From an uncultured Phycisphaerales bacterium (lineage in GTDB: Bacteria; Planctomycetota; Phycisphaerae; Tepidisphaerales; Tepidisphaeraceae), in the NCBI GenBank assembly GCA_963758525.1, contig CAVWVQ010000001.1, forward strand, positions 365,540-429,539: a stretch of 64,000 bases of DNA, in the 5' to 3' direction. The position numbers and the translations under genes were made by a program. The notes beneath the pieces are model-generated. The model had not been told where the DNA came from. It did not search any database and was given only the letters and a program-made list of their open reading frames with translations. Below, one piece after another: positions 12,201 to 24,542 of the stretch (positions within the stretch are counted from its first letter, which is position 1; every line of letters begins with the position of its first letter).

Positions 12201-13145
12201 ATGACCGCGGATGAGAACACGCTGCTCGGCATTGAGATCGGCGGAACGAAGCTGCAAGTGGTGCTCGGAAGCGCGACGGGGCACGTTCTGCGCCGCTGGC
12301 GCGGCACAGTCGCTCGCGAACACGGCAGGGCTGGAATCTGCGAGCAACTGCGCATCGCCGTGCGGGAGCTACTTTGCGGAGCGCGCCCGTCAGCCGTGGG
12401 AGCGGGCTTCGGCGGCCCAGTCGACTGGCGCAACGGCCGGGTCTGCAAATCGCATCAGATCTCCGGATGGGAAGGATTCGAACTGTCGCAGTTCCTCAGC
12501 GAGATCACGGGCGCACAGGCTTATGCCGACAACGATGCGAATGTCGCCGCGCTGGGTGAAGCGATCGTTGGGGCGGGACGCAGCTTGGATCCTGTGTTCT
12601 ACGTGACGCTCGGGAGCGGCGTGGGCGGAGGACTGGTTATCGAGCGAACGATTTATCACGGGGCGCCGCCCGGGGAAGCCGAGTTTGGACATCTTCTTCT
12701 GGACCGAGAGGGCGCCAATGTTGAATCGCGCTGCTCGGGATGGGCCGTCGACCGGCGTATCCGCGCTGCGATCGCGGCCGACCCGCGGTGCATGCTGGCT
12801 CGTCTCGCTGGAACAGGGAGCGGGGCCGAGTCACACCATCTCCCGGCAGCGTTGCTATCGGACGATGTGATTGCCAGAGAAATCCTCGATTCGCTCGCCG
12901 CTGATCTGGGCTTTGCGCTCTGCCATGTGGCGCACCTGCTTCACCCGCGCGTCATCATTCTCGGCGGCGGACTTTCGCTGATTGGCGAGCCGCTTCGGGC
13001 AGCCGTGACGAAGGAGCTTGCCAAACATATCATGGCGGCGTTCGCACCGGGGCCGCAAGTGAAGCTGGCGGAATTGGGCGAAGACGCGGTGCCGGTCGGG
13101 GCACTGATTCTCGCCGCACAATGTCACGAATCCGCACGCGCGTAA
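12201..13145 (+). CDS. ROK family sugar kinase
   Basis: GIEIGGTK, GFGGPVD, DNDANVAALGE, TLGSGVGGG, EFGH, ILGGG. Confidence 0.92.
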   Translation: MTADENTLLGIEIGGTKLQVVLGSATGHVLRRWRGTVAREHGRAGICEQLRIAVRELLCGARPSAVGAGFGGPVDWRNGRVCKSHQISGWEGFELSQFLSEITGAQAYADNDANVAALGEAIVGAGRSLDPVFYVTLGSGVGGGLVIERTIYHGAPPGEAEFGHLLLDREGANVESRCSGWAVDRRIRAAIAADPRCMLARLAGTGSGAESHHLPAALLSDDVIAREILDSLAADLGFALCHVAHLLHPRVIILGGGLSLIGEPLRAAVTKELAKHIMAAFAPGPQVKLAELGEDAVPVGALILAAQCHESARA

Positions 13146-13178
13146 CGCGCCGCAGTCGTTTCCGACGGAGGTTGATTC

Positions 13179-13799
13179 ATGGCCGCAGAGCAGGATGCGC
13201 AGAGCACGTCGAAAACCGCAGCCAGGTTTGGCGCCTGGATCGAGCAGTATCGAACCGCACAGAATGCCGCCACGACATCGATTCCCATCGATGCCGTCGC
13301 GCGTTTGATCGCGCGTTTGCGGACGCTGCTGGCGGAGGACCGGCAGCTCTTTGTCTTCGGCAATGGAGGCAGCGGATCCAACGCGTCGCATTTCGCGACC
13401 GATCTCGGGAAAGGCGCTTCCGACAAGCTCGGCAAACGCTTCCGAGTGCTCTGCCTCAACGACAACGTGAGCTGGATGACGGCCATCGCAAACGACCGCG
13501 CGTATGACGAAGTCTTCAGCCGGCAACTGATGAATTATGCGCGTGCCGGTGACATGGTGCTGGTGCTCAGTGTGAGCGGCAGCTCCCCAAATGTGGTCAA
13601 GGCGGTCGAGTGGGCCAAATCGCATTCGGTCTTTACCGCCGCACTGATCGGCGGCAAGCGCGGCCGGCTCGCGGAAATCTGCGATGAAGCGATTGTGATC
13701 GATTCCACTCATTACGGCCGTGTCGAAGACGCGCAGATGTCCATTGCTCACATGCTTTGCTATGCCTTCATCGAAAATCCTGGGTGGGAACAGTCGTAG
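13179..13799 (+). CDS. SIS-domain sugar-phosphate isomerase (GmhA-like)
   Basis: GNGGSGSNASHF, TAIAND, FSRQL, SVSGSSPNVV. Confidence 0.88.
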   Translation: MAAEQDAQSTSKTAARFGAWIEQYRTAQNAATTSIPIDAVARLIARLRTLLAEDRQLFVFGNGGSGSNASHFATDLGKGASDKLGKRFRVLCLNDNVSWMTAIANDRAYDEVFSRQLMNYARAGDMVLVLSVSGSSPNVVKAVEWAKSHSVFTAALIGGKRGRLAEICDEAIVIDSTHYGRVEDAQMSIAHMLCYAFIENPGWEQS

Positions 13800-13874
13800 C
13801 CGCGGTGGGCGCCCGGATCACACCATATAGCTTGCTGTGCGAGGCTCTTTATTCTTGCGAGCATCTCATCAAGC

Positions 13875-13908
13875 AGAAAACCCACGGAGCAAGCTCCGTG
13901 GGTTTTCT
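13875..13908. terminator. Probable bidirectional intrinsic terminator
   Basis: Perfect inverted repeat AGAAAACCCACGGAGC-AA-GCTCCGTGGGTTTTCT between convergent SIS and groEL genes. Confidence 0.85.
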
Positions 13909-13941
13909 CAAAAAATCCTGATCGCGAAATCGCGGGAATGA

Positions 13942-15606
<1,665 letters not shown>

Positions 15607-15713
15607 TTAAAACGGTGACGTTCAGTTCGCCGTATGCGAAAACAAATGAAACGTGAAGAGGCTCAGACATCGGTCTTTGTCACGGTCCACGTTTCACGTT
15701 CCACTTGCGGTCG

Positions 15714-16004
15714 TTATTCAACGACCGCAAGAATGTCGTCCTCACCCAGAATCATGAGCTCTTCGCCGTCGAGCTTGATCTCGGTGCCGGCATAGCTGGC
15801 GAAGATGACTTCGTCGCCTTTCTTGACGCTCAGCGGGGCGCGCTCGCCCGTGTCGAGACGCTTGCCGTCTCCGACGCTGAGGATCTTCCCTCGCTTGGGC
15901 TTTTCCTTCGCCGAATCCGGCAACACAATTCCGCTCTTGGTCTTGGTCTCGGCTTCAACCCGCTTGATGAGAATCTTGTCTCCGAGAGGACGCAGCTTGG
16001 CCAT
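15714..16004 (-). CDS. groS: Co-chaperonin GroES
   Basis: LRPLGDKI, SGIVLPDSAKEKP, YAGTEI; TAAGGAG RBS upstream. Confidence 0.99.
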   Translation of the reverse strand: MAKLRPLGDKILIKRVEAETKTKSGIVLPDSAKEKPKRGKILSVGDGKRLDTGERAPLSVKKGDEVIFASYAGTEIKLDGEELMILGEDDILAVVE

Positions 16005-16105
16005 CTGAACACACTCCTTAAAAGGTGAAAGTAATGAAGTCTCGTTTCCGCGAGAGTTTTTCGTCTTGGTTTTCAGTTTTTGGTCTTCGGTTTTGATTTT
16101 TCGCT

Positions 16106-16540
16106 TTACTCTTGCTTTTCAACCGCCGGCACCGATCCGGGCCAGCGGCTTTCGTAATGTCTTCGCAGCACTCGCGCCAGCACGTCGAGCAAGACGTTGA
16201 AGTCAACCGGCTTGCCGAGAACGCTGAACACATGCATTCCCAGCGCTTCCCGCAGCAGCGTGCTGCTCATATCGTTGGCCAGGAGAATCGCGGGCGGCGC
16301 GTTGTTCATTTCCCGCATCATCCGAATCACCTGCAGGCCCCCAAGCTGGGGCATCTGCTGGTCGAGCACCGCAACATGCACCGGCGTGGACTCCATCAGC
16401 CTCAGCGCCTCGCGGCCGCTGTGAGCGGAAAGCGTCTGCACGCCCTGCGGCTGCAGAAGCCGGGTAATTGTCTGATGCCAACCCTCCTGCTCGTTAGCCA
16501 AGAGAACGGTCAACCGATTTGTATGGCTCGCCTGCATCAT
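16106..16540 (-). CDS. Single-domain response regulator (receiver only)
   Basis: VLDQQMPQLGG (phospho-Asp) and KP motif; acidic pocket atypical (LLANE). Confidence 0.85.
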   Translation of the reverse strand: MMQASHTNRLTVLLANEQEGWHQTITRLLQPQGVQTLSAHSGREALRLMESTPVHVAVLDQQMPQLGGLQVIRMMREMNNAPPAILLANDMSSTLLREALGMHVFSVLGKPVDFNVLLDVLARVLRRHYESRWPGSVPAVEKQE

Positions 16541-16769
16541 GGTGGCTGAGTCTGTACACGGTGCCTTCCCAACAGTCTCCTTAACAACCTCCGTGCCGGA
16601 AAGAAGAGAGTGCTCTCTGCGACCTTAGTGCTTGCCATTGAGCGGGTTAGAAGACTTGGGGACAGGAGATTTTCGCCGCGGCACCGACGATGTTCTGCCA
16701 AAGTTGGGATCGCTGGCGAACGCGCTGCCAGAGTGGCAGCGGTGAATCGACGCGGATACAGTTCGTGGC

Positions 16770-17143
16770 ATGGCGACGATTCGAGTGGAACGGATGGATC
16801 ATGTGGCGATCGACGTCACGGACATGGGATGCGCGCGGGAGTTCTATGTTGGGCTGCTGGGGCTGCGCGAAGTCCCCCGGCCGATCAGCTTCGACTTTCC
16901 CGGCGCCTGGTTCGAAACCGGATCGGCCCTCCTCCACATCGTCTCGCGCCGCAGCGCGACGCCGACGGGCGGAGGCATCTCTGCTTTTTCGTCGCCGACC
17001 TGCACCAGGCGATGGAAGCGGTGCAATCGGCCGGTTTTCCGGTCACCGACGACGGACGCGGCACCATCCCCGGGATCGAAAGGTTTTACACGATGGATCC
17101 GGATGGGAACCGGATCGAGATTCAGGCGGCTGCGTCCCGCTAA
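16770..17143 (+). CDS. VOC/glyoxalase family protein; apparent frameshift near 16955
   Basis: MDHVAIDVTD...FYVGLLGL...GAWF...LHI, then RHLCF...RFYTMDPDGNRIEI in another frame. Confidence 0.88.
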
Positions 17144-17190
17144 ATAGCTGTGCGCGCTCCCGCCCGGTCCGGAGTGACCGATCAATGCAG

Positions 17191-17289
17191 AACACGAATC
17201 GACACGAATTTCACACGAATCTTCACGAAACAGATTTCCTTCGCATTCATTCGTGGCGATTCGTGGGCCATTCGTGCAGATTCGTGTTT
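17191..17289. repeat. Inverted pair of CACGAAT tandem arrays
   Basis: CACGAA(T) x4 at ~11 nt spacing, then ATTCGTG x4; lies between convergent genes. Confidence 0.85.
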
Positions 17290-17362
17290 CCTCTTCACGG
17301 ATTGGCGCGGGACCTCGGAGATTGACGGCGAGCCTTCGCGCAAGGTCACAGGGGTGCCGCGA

Positions 17363-18620
17363 TCATCGCGCGTCTGAAGGCGTGGTCGTCGGCGCGCTCG
17401 CTGGAGCAACCGCCCCAACCGTCGGCGTCGTTGGATTCTTCAACAGGGCCGGCTCGATCCAATTCAGCCGGGCGCGAGTGTCCATTCGGTTGCCAAAATC
17501 GACCTCGAGCGTCAGCGACCTGGCGTTTTCAAGTTGCTGCACGATCACCGGCGAAAGAATTCCGCCGTGAACGTGCGGCTGCTCGTAGACCACCTTCCCG
17601 TCGAGCTTGAGGCGAACCGTGACATCCGCCGCGACGGCATCGGCGCTGTCGCCGTCGATCGCGTACTGGGTGCGAAATGCGGTCCAGCTTCCGTCGAGCG
17701 GCCAGGTAAGCCGGGAGAACGCGTGCACGCCGATGCCATGCGCGAAGGTTGCGTCCCGGAACCGCAATACGTCGCCCGTGACGGAGCGATCCATCTGCGC
17801 GGGCCAGGACTGGCCGGGGGAAATGAACGGCACGTAGACGCTCTCCGATGGCGGACGAACGGAGAGCCAACTCACCGGACCGTTGATCTGCTCGATGGCG
17901 CAAACGCGCGCCAGGTCAATGGAACTGGGCGCATTTCCCGGGATCGTGAAGCGCAATGCGTTGCCGTCAAGCGCGAGCGATTGGGCGGCGATCGCAGTTC
18001 CATCATCGAGCCGCACGCGAAAAGACTGCCGCGGCTGGCGCTTGCCGGCGGGGGCGGCGAATGAAATCAATCTGATTGCAGCGAGCGGAAGATCCGTATT
18101 CCCGTTCTGGGTCTGCACGGTGATTTTCCCGCCGCCGATGGCGGTGACAATTCCGTGCACCTGGTCGTTGTTGGCCAGCGTTACCGCATCGTCGCTGCCT
18201 CGCTGTTCGGGGGCGGTTGCGCCGCCGGCACCGATCGCAACCAGATCGCGCAGCGGGAGACGAATTTCTCCCAGCGTCGGGCTATGCCATTGCATCTGCT
18301 CGCCGGTCATCGCCGCAGGCTCGCCACCGACGCGGTCGCCCCCTTGCAGGAAGAGCGTGAACGGTCCGGCATCGGCACGTGGCGGAAGAACCCGGGAAAT
18401 TTCCAGCAACTGCGTCAGCGGCACATCACGACCCTCGCCGGCAGGAGTGAGGCCGTGAACGGATTTGCCGTCGATGCGCTGGAGGTCGATGGCGGAAGAT
18501 TGGAAATCGGCGGTGGTCAGTTGCCATTCGGTTTGCGCGGGCGCGTATCGGAAGAATCGTTAAGACCACGCAAAGTACCGCAGCCAAGGGGAACTGTGCG
18601 GGTTTTCCGAATGCAGCATT
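17363..18620 (-). CDS. Secreted NPCBM/NEW2-domain protein; apparent frameshift near 18535, start uncertain
   Basis: C-terminal DRSVTG...HGIGVHA.SRLTWPLDG...LTLEVDFG...LNWIEPAL. The frame extends upstream to QTEWQLTTADF; a signal-like AAVLCVVLTILPIRARA lies in the adjacent frame. Confidence 0.75.
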
Positions 18621-18728
18621 TCCCCCTCCCCTGGTACTCCGGGGGAGGTTTGGGGTGGGGGCCGGGCTGACGATTCGCACGGACCGCCCCCACCTCGATC
18701 CTCCCCCGGAGTACAAGGGGAGGAGGAA
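18621..18728. repeat. REP-like family A inverted pair
   Basis: CCCCTCCCCTGGTACTCCGGGGGAGG...CCTCCCCCGGAGTACAAGGGGAGGAGG. Confidence 0.85.
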
Positions 18729-18814
18729 AGAGCAGCGAACCCAAACATTTGCCCGCGTCCGCGATATCCCGCGCGCGCGCCAAAAGTGGTCCTTCTGCAA
18801 TGACTTGCTCGCGC

Positions 18815-20143
18815 TCAACTCCCCGGCCCCTTTCCCGCGTAAACGGGCATGTACCGATTGGGCATCTGAAGAATGATCAGCGCCATCGACGTGGCGTATT
18901 CGTCGTTGAAGTCCCCTTCCCAATGACCATCTTCGTGCTTCTGCCGGGAAATCAGCTCGTCGCGGATGGCGGGGTAAAAGGTCTCCCAGTACTTGCCGCC
19001 GGCGAGGAACATTGCCTGAGTGGCATAATAGTAGCCGTAGTAATAGTGCCCCTCGTTCTGAGCGGACGTTGGCGATCCGGGCGTGAATTGCTTCACGTAA
19101 TCGAGGCCGCGCACGAGATCGTTTCCTTCAAAGACGCCGGCGTAGTAGAGGGCGGCGACTCCCGCGGCAGAGCGGGCAAAGCCGCTGCCGCCGGCGCCAC
19201 CGCCGGACGCGGCGGACATATAGCTGAACCCGCCGTCGGGGTTCTGGCACGACCGGACGTAATGAATCGCCTGATCGATGACGGTCTTGCTGACCTTGAT
19301 TCCCGCGTCACGGGCCGCACGCAGTGCCATAACCTGGCAGATCGTGACGCTGATGTCGGCGTCATACGGCACCGGCTGATAGCGCCAGCCGCCCTCGGGA
19401 TTCTGCGTTTTTTCGATCAGACGCACCGCGCGCTCGAGGCGGTCCTTCACCTCTTCATCTCCGGTCATTCCATATAATTCTCCGAGCATCAGCGTCGCGA
19501 AGCCGTGGCCGTACATCGGCCCCTGCCCGGCATCCGCGGAGATCAGCCCGGACTCCTGACAACTGTTCAAAACGAACCGCAGCGACCGCTCGACTTCGCG
19601 CCCATACTTGCCGCGATTGGGAAGGTTTCCGGATTGCATGAACGCAATGCCGGCCAGCGCGGTGATGGCGGCGCGGTTGGAATATCCCTGCATGCCCGTC
19701 GTGTAACTCCCATCGGGACCCTGCCGGTGCGAGAGCCAGGCAAGTCCATATTCGACGGCGTGCTGCTGCTGGGGCGTGATCTCATCGCCGCGGACTTTGT
19801 TGGGCTCCGGGGCGACGGCGCCCGCGGAGGCGGCGTCCGGGTTGTCCGCGAGGCTCTGCGGCATTCTTGAGAATAGCAGTAGTCCGATCACCGCAAACGG
19901 AATGCAGCTTAACGGGGCGCGCCTCGCGTCGCGGCGAGGAGCACATTTCGGAACTTCGAGCGACCTGCCCCCTCTCCCGGTACTCCGGGAGAGGGCGGGG
20001 GTGAGGGTGATTTTGAATCTCGGGCGCCGTTGGTCCTCGAAATCGCCCTCACCCCAACCCGCTCCCGGAGTACCGGGAGAGGGGGCAATGAAACGGGCTT
20101 TGATCGGAGGGGAACTCAAGGTTGGATCGCTGGCGTTTTCCAT
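18815..20143 (-). CDS. Exported prenyltransferase/squalene oxidase repeat protein
   Basis: QW-like repeats (WLSHRQGPDGSY, LIEKTQNPEGGW, YVRSCQNPDGGF, LISRQKHEDGHW), MYGHGFATL; hydrophobic signal segment. Confidence 0.88.
   Translation of the reverse strand: MENASDPTLSSPPIKARFIAPSPGTPGAGWGEGDFEDQRRPRFKITLTPALSRSTGRGGRSLEVPKCAPRRDARRAPLSCIPFAVIGLLLFSRMPQSLADNPDAASAGAVAPEPNKVRGDEITPQQQHAVEYGLAWLSHRQGPDGSYTTGMQGYSNRAAITALAGIAFMQSGNLPNRGKYGREVERSLRFVLNSCQESGLISADAGQGPMYGHGFATLMLGELYGMTGDEEVKDRLERAVRLIEKTQNPEGGWRYQPVPYDADISVTICQVMALRAARDAGIKVSKTVIDQAIHYVRSCQNPDGGFSYMSAASGGGAGGSGFARSAAGVAALYYAGVFEGNDLVRGLDYVKQFTPGSPTSAQNEGHYYYGYYYATQAMFLAGGKYWETFYPAIRDELISRQKHEDGHWEGDFNDEYATSMALIILQMPNRYMPVYAGKGPGS
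19967..20087. repeat. REP-like family A inverted pair within the 5' end of the prenyltransferase ORF
   Basis: CCCCTCTCCCGGTACTCCGGGAGAGGG...CTCCCGGAGTACCGGGAGAGGGGG. Confidence 0.9.
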
Positions 20144-20167
20144 ATGACTCAAACGACTCGGCAATTC

Positions 20168-20200
20168 GAATACGCGCTCCGCTTCGTGTCGCGGCTAACC
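20168..20200. repeat. REP-like family B copy
   Basis: GAATACGCGCTCCGCTTCGTGTCGCGGCTAACC, close to 5232-5264. Confidence 0.8.
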
Positions 20201-20232
20201 GCGGAACGACGCGATCCGTTGCGGACGAATAT

Positions 20233-23200
20233 TCAGTGTTTGCTCGCCTCTTCGGAGAGCGATCGATAGTAGTCATCCACAAACTGCTTGTACTTTTCGA
20301 TGACTTTTTCGCTGGCGCCTTCCTGAACGGCCTGTCGCTCGCGCGCCGTGAGGCCGCCCCACTCCTTGGCCGATTCCTGAATGTCGCGGCTCAGGTCCTG
20401 ATTTGGCGCGTCGCCGCGCCCGCCGTTGGAGACGTTGCCGGATTTGGAGGCTGGCGCGTTGCCGCCGTCATTGCTCTTTGGCGCGCCGGAAGCAACTTGC
20501 TGCGGCCCCGCGCCGGGTTGGGGACCATTCATTTTTTCGCCCGGCTTTCCGGAGCCGGAGCTTGGGCTGGATTGCTGCTGTTGCTGCCGCGCCAGTTGGA
20601 TCAGGCTGTCGAGATCCATGACGATGCGCTTCTGAATCTCCTGCGTGACCTGCCCCGGATCGTTGTTGAGCGCGAGGCGCTGCCGTGAGCGAGCCATCCG
20701 GTCGCCGGTGAGTTTCACATTCTTGCCGACGGTGTCATCCGACATGTCTTCGTTGCGGAGTTGCTTGTCGAACTCCTGATTCTCGATGTCTTCCTTGCTC
20801 GCTTCCTCGGGAAGCTGATCGCGATTGTCCGGCTCGGGATCGAGCTTGATGTGGGCCGATTTCTGGAGGAGCTGATCGAAGACACCCCGCAGCGATCCCT
20901 GCCGCTGACCGAGGGCGGCAAGCTTGGGCTGATCCTTCACTTTGGCGGCATCGATCGTGACGGTGGACTTGTCGACCGCCTGCTGCAGCGCCTTGATCAG
21001 CCGCAGTTCAGCCTCGCTGGGCATCTTCGGCCCGCCCTTGCTGCTGCCGCCTTTCCCCCGACCGCTTCGCTCGGCGAACCTTTCGTCCTTTTGCTTTTGC
21101 GCGAGATTATCGATCATTGCCTGAAGCTGCTCTTCGATCCGGCCTTCTTCGGCCTGCGTGGGCACGCCCGTTTCCGGCTTGCCCAGATCGTCCTTCACTT
21201 CGTTCATGGAGGTGGCGATGTCGCGATTCGCCCAGAGATAAACAACACTTCCCAGCGACTCCAGCTTCTTGCCGATCCCGTCGACCTCGCCGGCCAGCGT
21301 CCCCTGCTCGCCGGGAAGCTGCCCCAGGCGAACGCCCTGGAGACGCGGCAAATCGCCGTTGGCGTCCTTCGGCGTGGAATCGATCGTCACGATATCAACG
21401 CCGATTTTCTTCTGTTTCTCCAGTATTTTGATGTATGCCTGCTTGATGCTCTGCTCGGTCTGCTCCTGCAGCTTCTGCTGCGCCTTGCGGAGGGCATCAT
21501 CGACGGCCTTGCGCGCCTCGATCAGCGCCCGCAGCGCCTCGACCTGCGGAGGCGCATAGGCATCGGCAAGCTGAGCGTCGCGGAGATGCACGATCGCGCG
21601 TTCCATCTGCCCCGCGGCCGCGGTCAGCTTCGCGCCGGGCAATGGATCGGGCAGCGCCTCCGCCTGCTTCGCGATGTCGCGCGCGTTGCGCTCGGTCTGC
21701 TCCTGCGACGCGCTGAGCTGCCCCGGCTCCTGCGCCGTGCCGGGCTGGCCTGCGTCGCGGCCCGAAGCGTCTATCAGTTCCTTGCGATCCGCTGATTCGA
21801 CCTTGTCGAGCCGCCCCTGGCCGCCCTGGGTCCAGAGGTTATCGAGATTGTGGCTCGCCTGGCGGCGCGTCAGCTCGGCGATCAATTTTTGCATGGCGTC
21901 GAGCCGGCGGGCCAACTCTTCCAGCTTGCGACGATCGGCTTCCTTGAGCTTGTCGATGATCATGTCGAGGCCCAGCTCGATTTGGGCGTGCTGCGACTGT
22001 GCATCCGCCTGCTGGTTCTGCGACATGTTCGCCGAAGCCTGCGACTGCTTGCCGGGCACCTGCTGCTGCTGGCCGGTCTGGGCGGCGTCCTTCATTCCTT
22101 CCGACGCCGTCGGATCGGATTTGGAAAGTTGCTCGCCCTTGCGCTGCAGATCGTTCAGCGCCGCTTCCGTGCGCTTGGCGAGGGAATCCTGATCTTTCGC
22201 GAGATGATCGGCCTTGTCGCGATCCTCTTTGGTCATCTCCTGCGGCTTCTTCCCGAGATCCCCCTTCATCTGGTCGGTGAAATCTTTCGCAAGCTTGCCC
22301 TGAGCATTGCGAATCGCCTCGAAGGCGGAGATCGCTTCAGAAAGACCGCTGAAGTTGCCAAGCCGGTCCATCGCGGCGCGAAGCTGATCGGCGGCTAGTT
22401 GCTGGCTGTCCGATGATTTCTTCAAATCGTCCGCACGCGCCTTGGGATCCGCGGACGAATTCTGCGTGGCGTTTCCCAATTTCGAGGCGGCCTCGCGCAT
22501 CGGCCCGTCCGACGTTTGCTCCAACTGCTTCTTCACGTCGCCGGTCGCCTGTTTGACCGAGTCGTCGGGCGACTTGTTCTCGCTCATTTTATTGAGCAGC
22601 AGCCCGAGCCGGGCCGCGATCTGCGCCGTCTGCGCCGCCGAGGTATTCTGCTGCGTCGTGAGCCGCTGGCCCTGTGCGGCGTCGGCGTCGTCAAATGTCT
22701 TTTTCGACTCGATCCCCTGCTTCAGCGTGTCTGTCTCCCCTTTATTGCGCACCTGCGCCGCGGCAAGCTGCTTCAGCGCGGCATAGGTCTGATCCAGCTC
22801 GTCACGCACCGTGCGGTCCCACTGCTCGTGACTGATGATCGTGACGCGGAGCCGGCCGCTGGGAACCCAGTCGTGCTGCTTGCCGTTGAGATCAAAGTTG
22901 TCCTTCACCTGAATGAAATATTCCAGCACGTCGCCGGGCTTGAGATTCGCGCCGGGAAGCGAAGCCAATGCCCAGTGATATTGCAGCCGATAGCGCTGAT
23001 GCTCGACGCTGCTGTCGGTCAGTTCCCAGGTCGCACCGAGATTGGCAACTCCATCCTTCAGGAGATCGATCGTCCACCCGTTCTGCGCGGTCGACGCCTG
23101 GTCCCCCAGTCGATGCACAACCAGTTGAGCGTTGTCGATGCCAAAGTCATCCTCGACGACGGCCTTGATATCAAACTCCGCGTCGGGCGTGCGGTCCTCG

Positions 23201-24444
23201 CTGCGCCGCGGCTCCTCGATCTGCACCGTCGGGGGCTGATCCTCGCGAACGATCACTTCGTATTCCGCGCCAGGATTGTTCTCAAAACCGTCCTCGTCGG
23301 TCGCACGCACCGAAAAGTGCAGCGGATCGACGGCCTGCAGCCGGGCAACCGCCATGGCGGGCGCGGGATGTTCCCAGACGATCGACGATACCGACGCCGG
23401 CAGCTTTTGCCCGGCCGCGGGGCGCAGCTCGATCGGTTTATCCTGGGCCAGCGGCTTATTGAAAGTAAATCGCAGGGCGATCTCCGACCCGACGCCCACC
23501 ACCGCCGGCCTGTCGGAAAGATTGACGGTGCTCTGCCGGCGCGGCTTCACGTACGGAGGCGGGAGCACCTCCGCATCCACGCGCGCGACATCCAGCCGCG
23601 GCACGATCGCGATCGGCGCCAGCTCGCGCTGATCGTCGCCTGCTTCGAGCCGGACGGAAATACGCCCGGCTTCTTTCCCCTGGTCCATCCGCGCATCCAG
23701 GGCGGCGGTGTAGACGCCATCGGCGCGGGTCATGAGCTCCTGCTGCCAGGGTCCGTCATCGTAGCGGTAGAAGATCATCGCTTTTCGCGATGCGCGATCT
23801 CCTTTGGCAAGATGAATACGGACGGGAATGCGATCGCCGACCGCAACGCGGCGCGGGAGTTCCCCGTCCATCGCGATCTCCACGGTTTTCGGCCACGCGC
23901 GATTCCCCAATGCCAGGCGATCCAGCGCAGCGCTGACGTAGGCGTGATTTCCGAACAGAAGCAGCCCGGCCAACAGCGCCACCGCGCTGAAACCGCCGAC
24001 AATCGAATACCACATGGGCCGCGCTCGGATCACGTCGCGGAGGTTGGTTTCCCCGGCCATCTGCGTCGCCTGAGCGATCACGCGCTGCTTGAGCGCATCT
24101 GATCCGGGAATCTCCGGTCGCAGAAAATCGACGGTGCTGCGCAGTCGATCATCGAACGCGGGAAAAGTGTGCTCGAGCCGGCCCGCGATGTCGGAAATGC
24201 TCAGGCCGCTTCGCGCGGGCAAGACGATCCAGTGACGCACCGCCGCGCAGACGCCGATCGCCGCGCCTGCCAACAGCGTAGCCCTCCCCACCGCCGGCAG
24301 TACCAGCGCCCAATCGATGAAGACGGTCAACAGCAGCAGGCCGACCGCGGTCGCGACGCAGACCCCGGCTCCGAAGATGAGCGTGATTCCGCGCACACGC
24401 CGGCGGATGGCCTGCAGTGAATCCAGCAACGAATGAGGCGCCAT
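20233..24444 (-). CDS. Large membrane-anchored coiled-coil protein (DUF4175-like)
   Basis: 1403 aa; N-terminal TM helices, LEHTFP.FDDRL, Ig-like middle (PPPY, EDDFGI, PGDVLEYF), Q/A/E/K-rich coiled coil, WGGL...YYRSL tail. Confidence 0.8.
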   Translation of the reverse strand: MAPHSLLDSLQAIRRRVRGITLIFGAGVCVATAVGLLLLTVFIDWALVLPAVGRATLLAGAAIGVCAAVRHWIVLPARSGLSISDIAGRLEHTFPAFDDRLRSTVDFLRPEIPGSDALKQRVIAQATQMAGETNLRDVIRARPMWYSIVGGFSAVALLAGLLLFGNHAYVSAALDRLALGNRAWPKTVEIAMDGELPRRVAVGDRIPVRIHLAKGDRASRKAMIFYRYDDGPWQQELMTRADGVYTAALDARMDQGKEAGRISVRLEAGDDQRELAPIAIVPRLDVARVDAEVLPPPYVKPRRQSTVNLSDRPAVVGVGSEIALRFTFNKPLAQDKPIELRPAAGQKLPASVSSIVWEHPAPAMAVARLQAVDPLHFSVRATDEDGFENNPGAEYEVIVREDQPPTVQIEEPRRSEDRTPDAEFDIKAVVEDDFGIDNAQLVVHRLGDQASTAQNGWTIDLLKDGVANLGATWELTDSSVEHQRYRLQYHWALASLPGANLKPGDVLEYFIQVKDNFDLNGKQHDWVPSGRLRVTIISHEQWDRTVRDELDQTYAALKQLAAAQVRNKGETDTLKQGIESKKTFDDADAAQGQRLTTQQNTSAAQTAQIAARLGLLLNKMSENKSPDDSVKQATGDVKKQLEQTSDGPMREAASKLGNATQNSSADPKARADDLKKSSDSQQLAADQLRAAMDRLGNFSGLSEAISAFEAIRNAQGKLAKDFTDQMKGDLGKKPQEMTKEDRDKADHLAKDQDSLAKRTEAALNDLQRKGEQLSKSDPTASEGMKDAAQTGQQQQVPGKQSQASANMSQNQQADAQSQHAQIELGLDMIIDKLKEADRRKLEELARRLDAMQKLIAELTRRQASHNLDNLWTQGGQGRLDKVESADRKELIDASGRDAGQPGTAQEPGQLSASQEQTERNARDIAKQAEALPDPLPGAKLTAAAGQMERAIVHLRDAQLADAYAPPQVEALRALIEARKAVDDALRKAQQKLQEQTEQSIKQAYIKILEKQKKIGVDIVTIDSTPKDANGDLPRLQGVRLGQLPGEQGTLAGEVDGIGKKLESLGSVVYLWANRDIATSMNEVKDDLGKPETGVPTQAEEGRIEEQLQAMIDNLAQKQKDERFAERSGRGKGGSSKGGPKMPSEAELRLIKALQQAVDKSTVTIDAAKVKDQPKLAALGQRQGSLRGVFDQLLQKSAHIKLDPEPDNRDQLPEEASKEDIENQEFDKQLRNEDMSDDTVGKNVKLTGDRMARSRQRLALNNDPGQVTQEIQKRIVMDLDSLIQLARQQQQQSSPSSGSGKPGEKMNGPQPGAGPQQVASGAPKSNDGGNAPASKSGNVSNGGRGDAPNQDLSRDIQESAKEWGGLTARERQAVQEGASEKVIEKYKQFVDDYYRSLSEEASKH

Positions 24445-24480
24445 ACCGAACTCCGTAGGTCAGCGATCGGTTCTTCTTTC

Positions 24481-24537
24481 GTGGTGCGGGCTTCCGGCCT
24501 GCTTGCCCCGGGAGCAGAGTGCAGGCTCGCACCACAA
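24481..24537. repeat. Family D palindrome (degenerate)
   Basis: GTGGTGCGGGCTTCCGGCCTGC...GCAGGCTCGCACCACAA; related to 8757-8817 and 35310-35335. Confidence 0.7.
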
Positions 24538-24542
24538 AGCCT

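Noticed and set aside
16605..16640. CIRCE operator for groESL
   Set aside because: GAGTGCT and TAGTGCT half-sites are in direct, not inverted, orientation.
18815..20143. Squalene-hopene cyclase
   Set aside because: Single exported toroid domain with no DXDD motif; too short for SHC.
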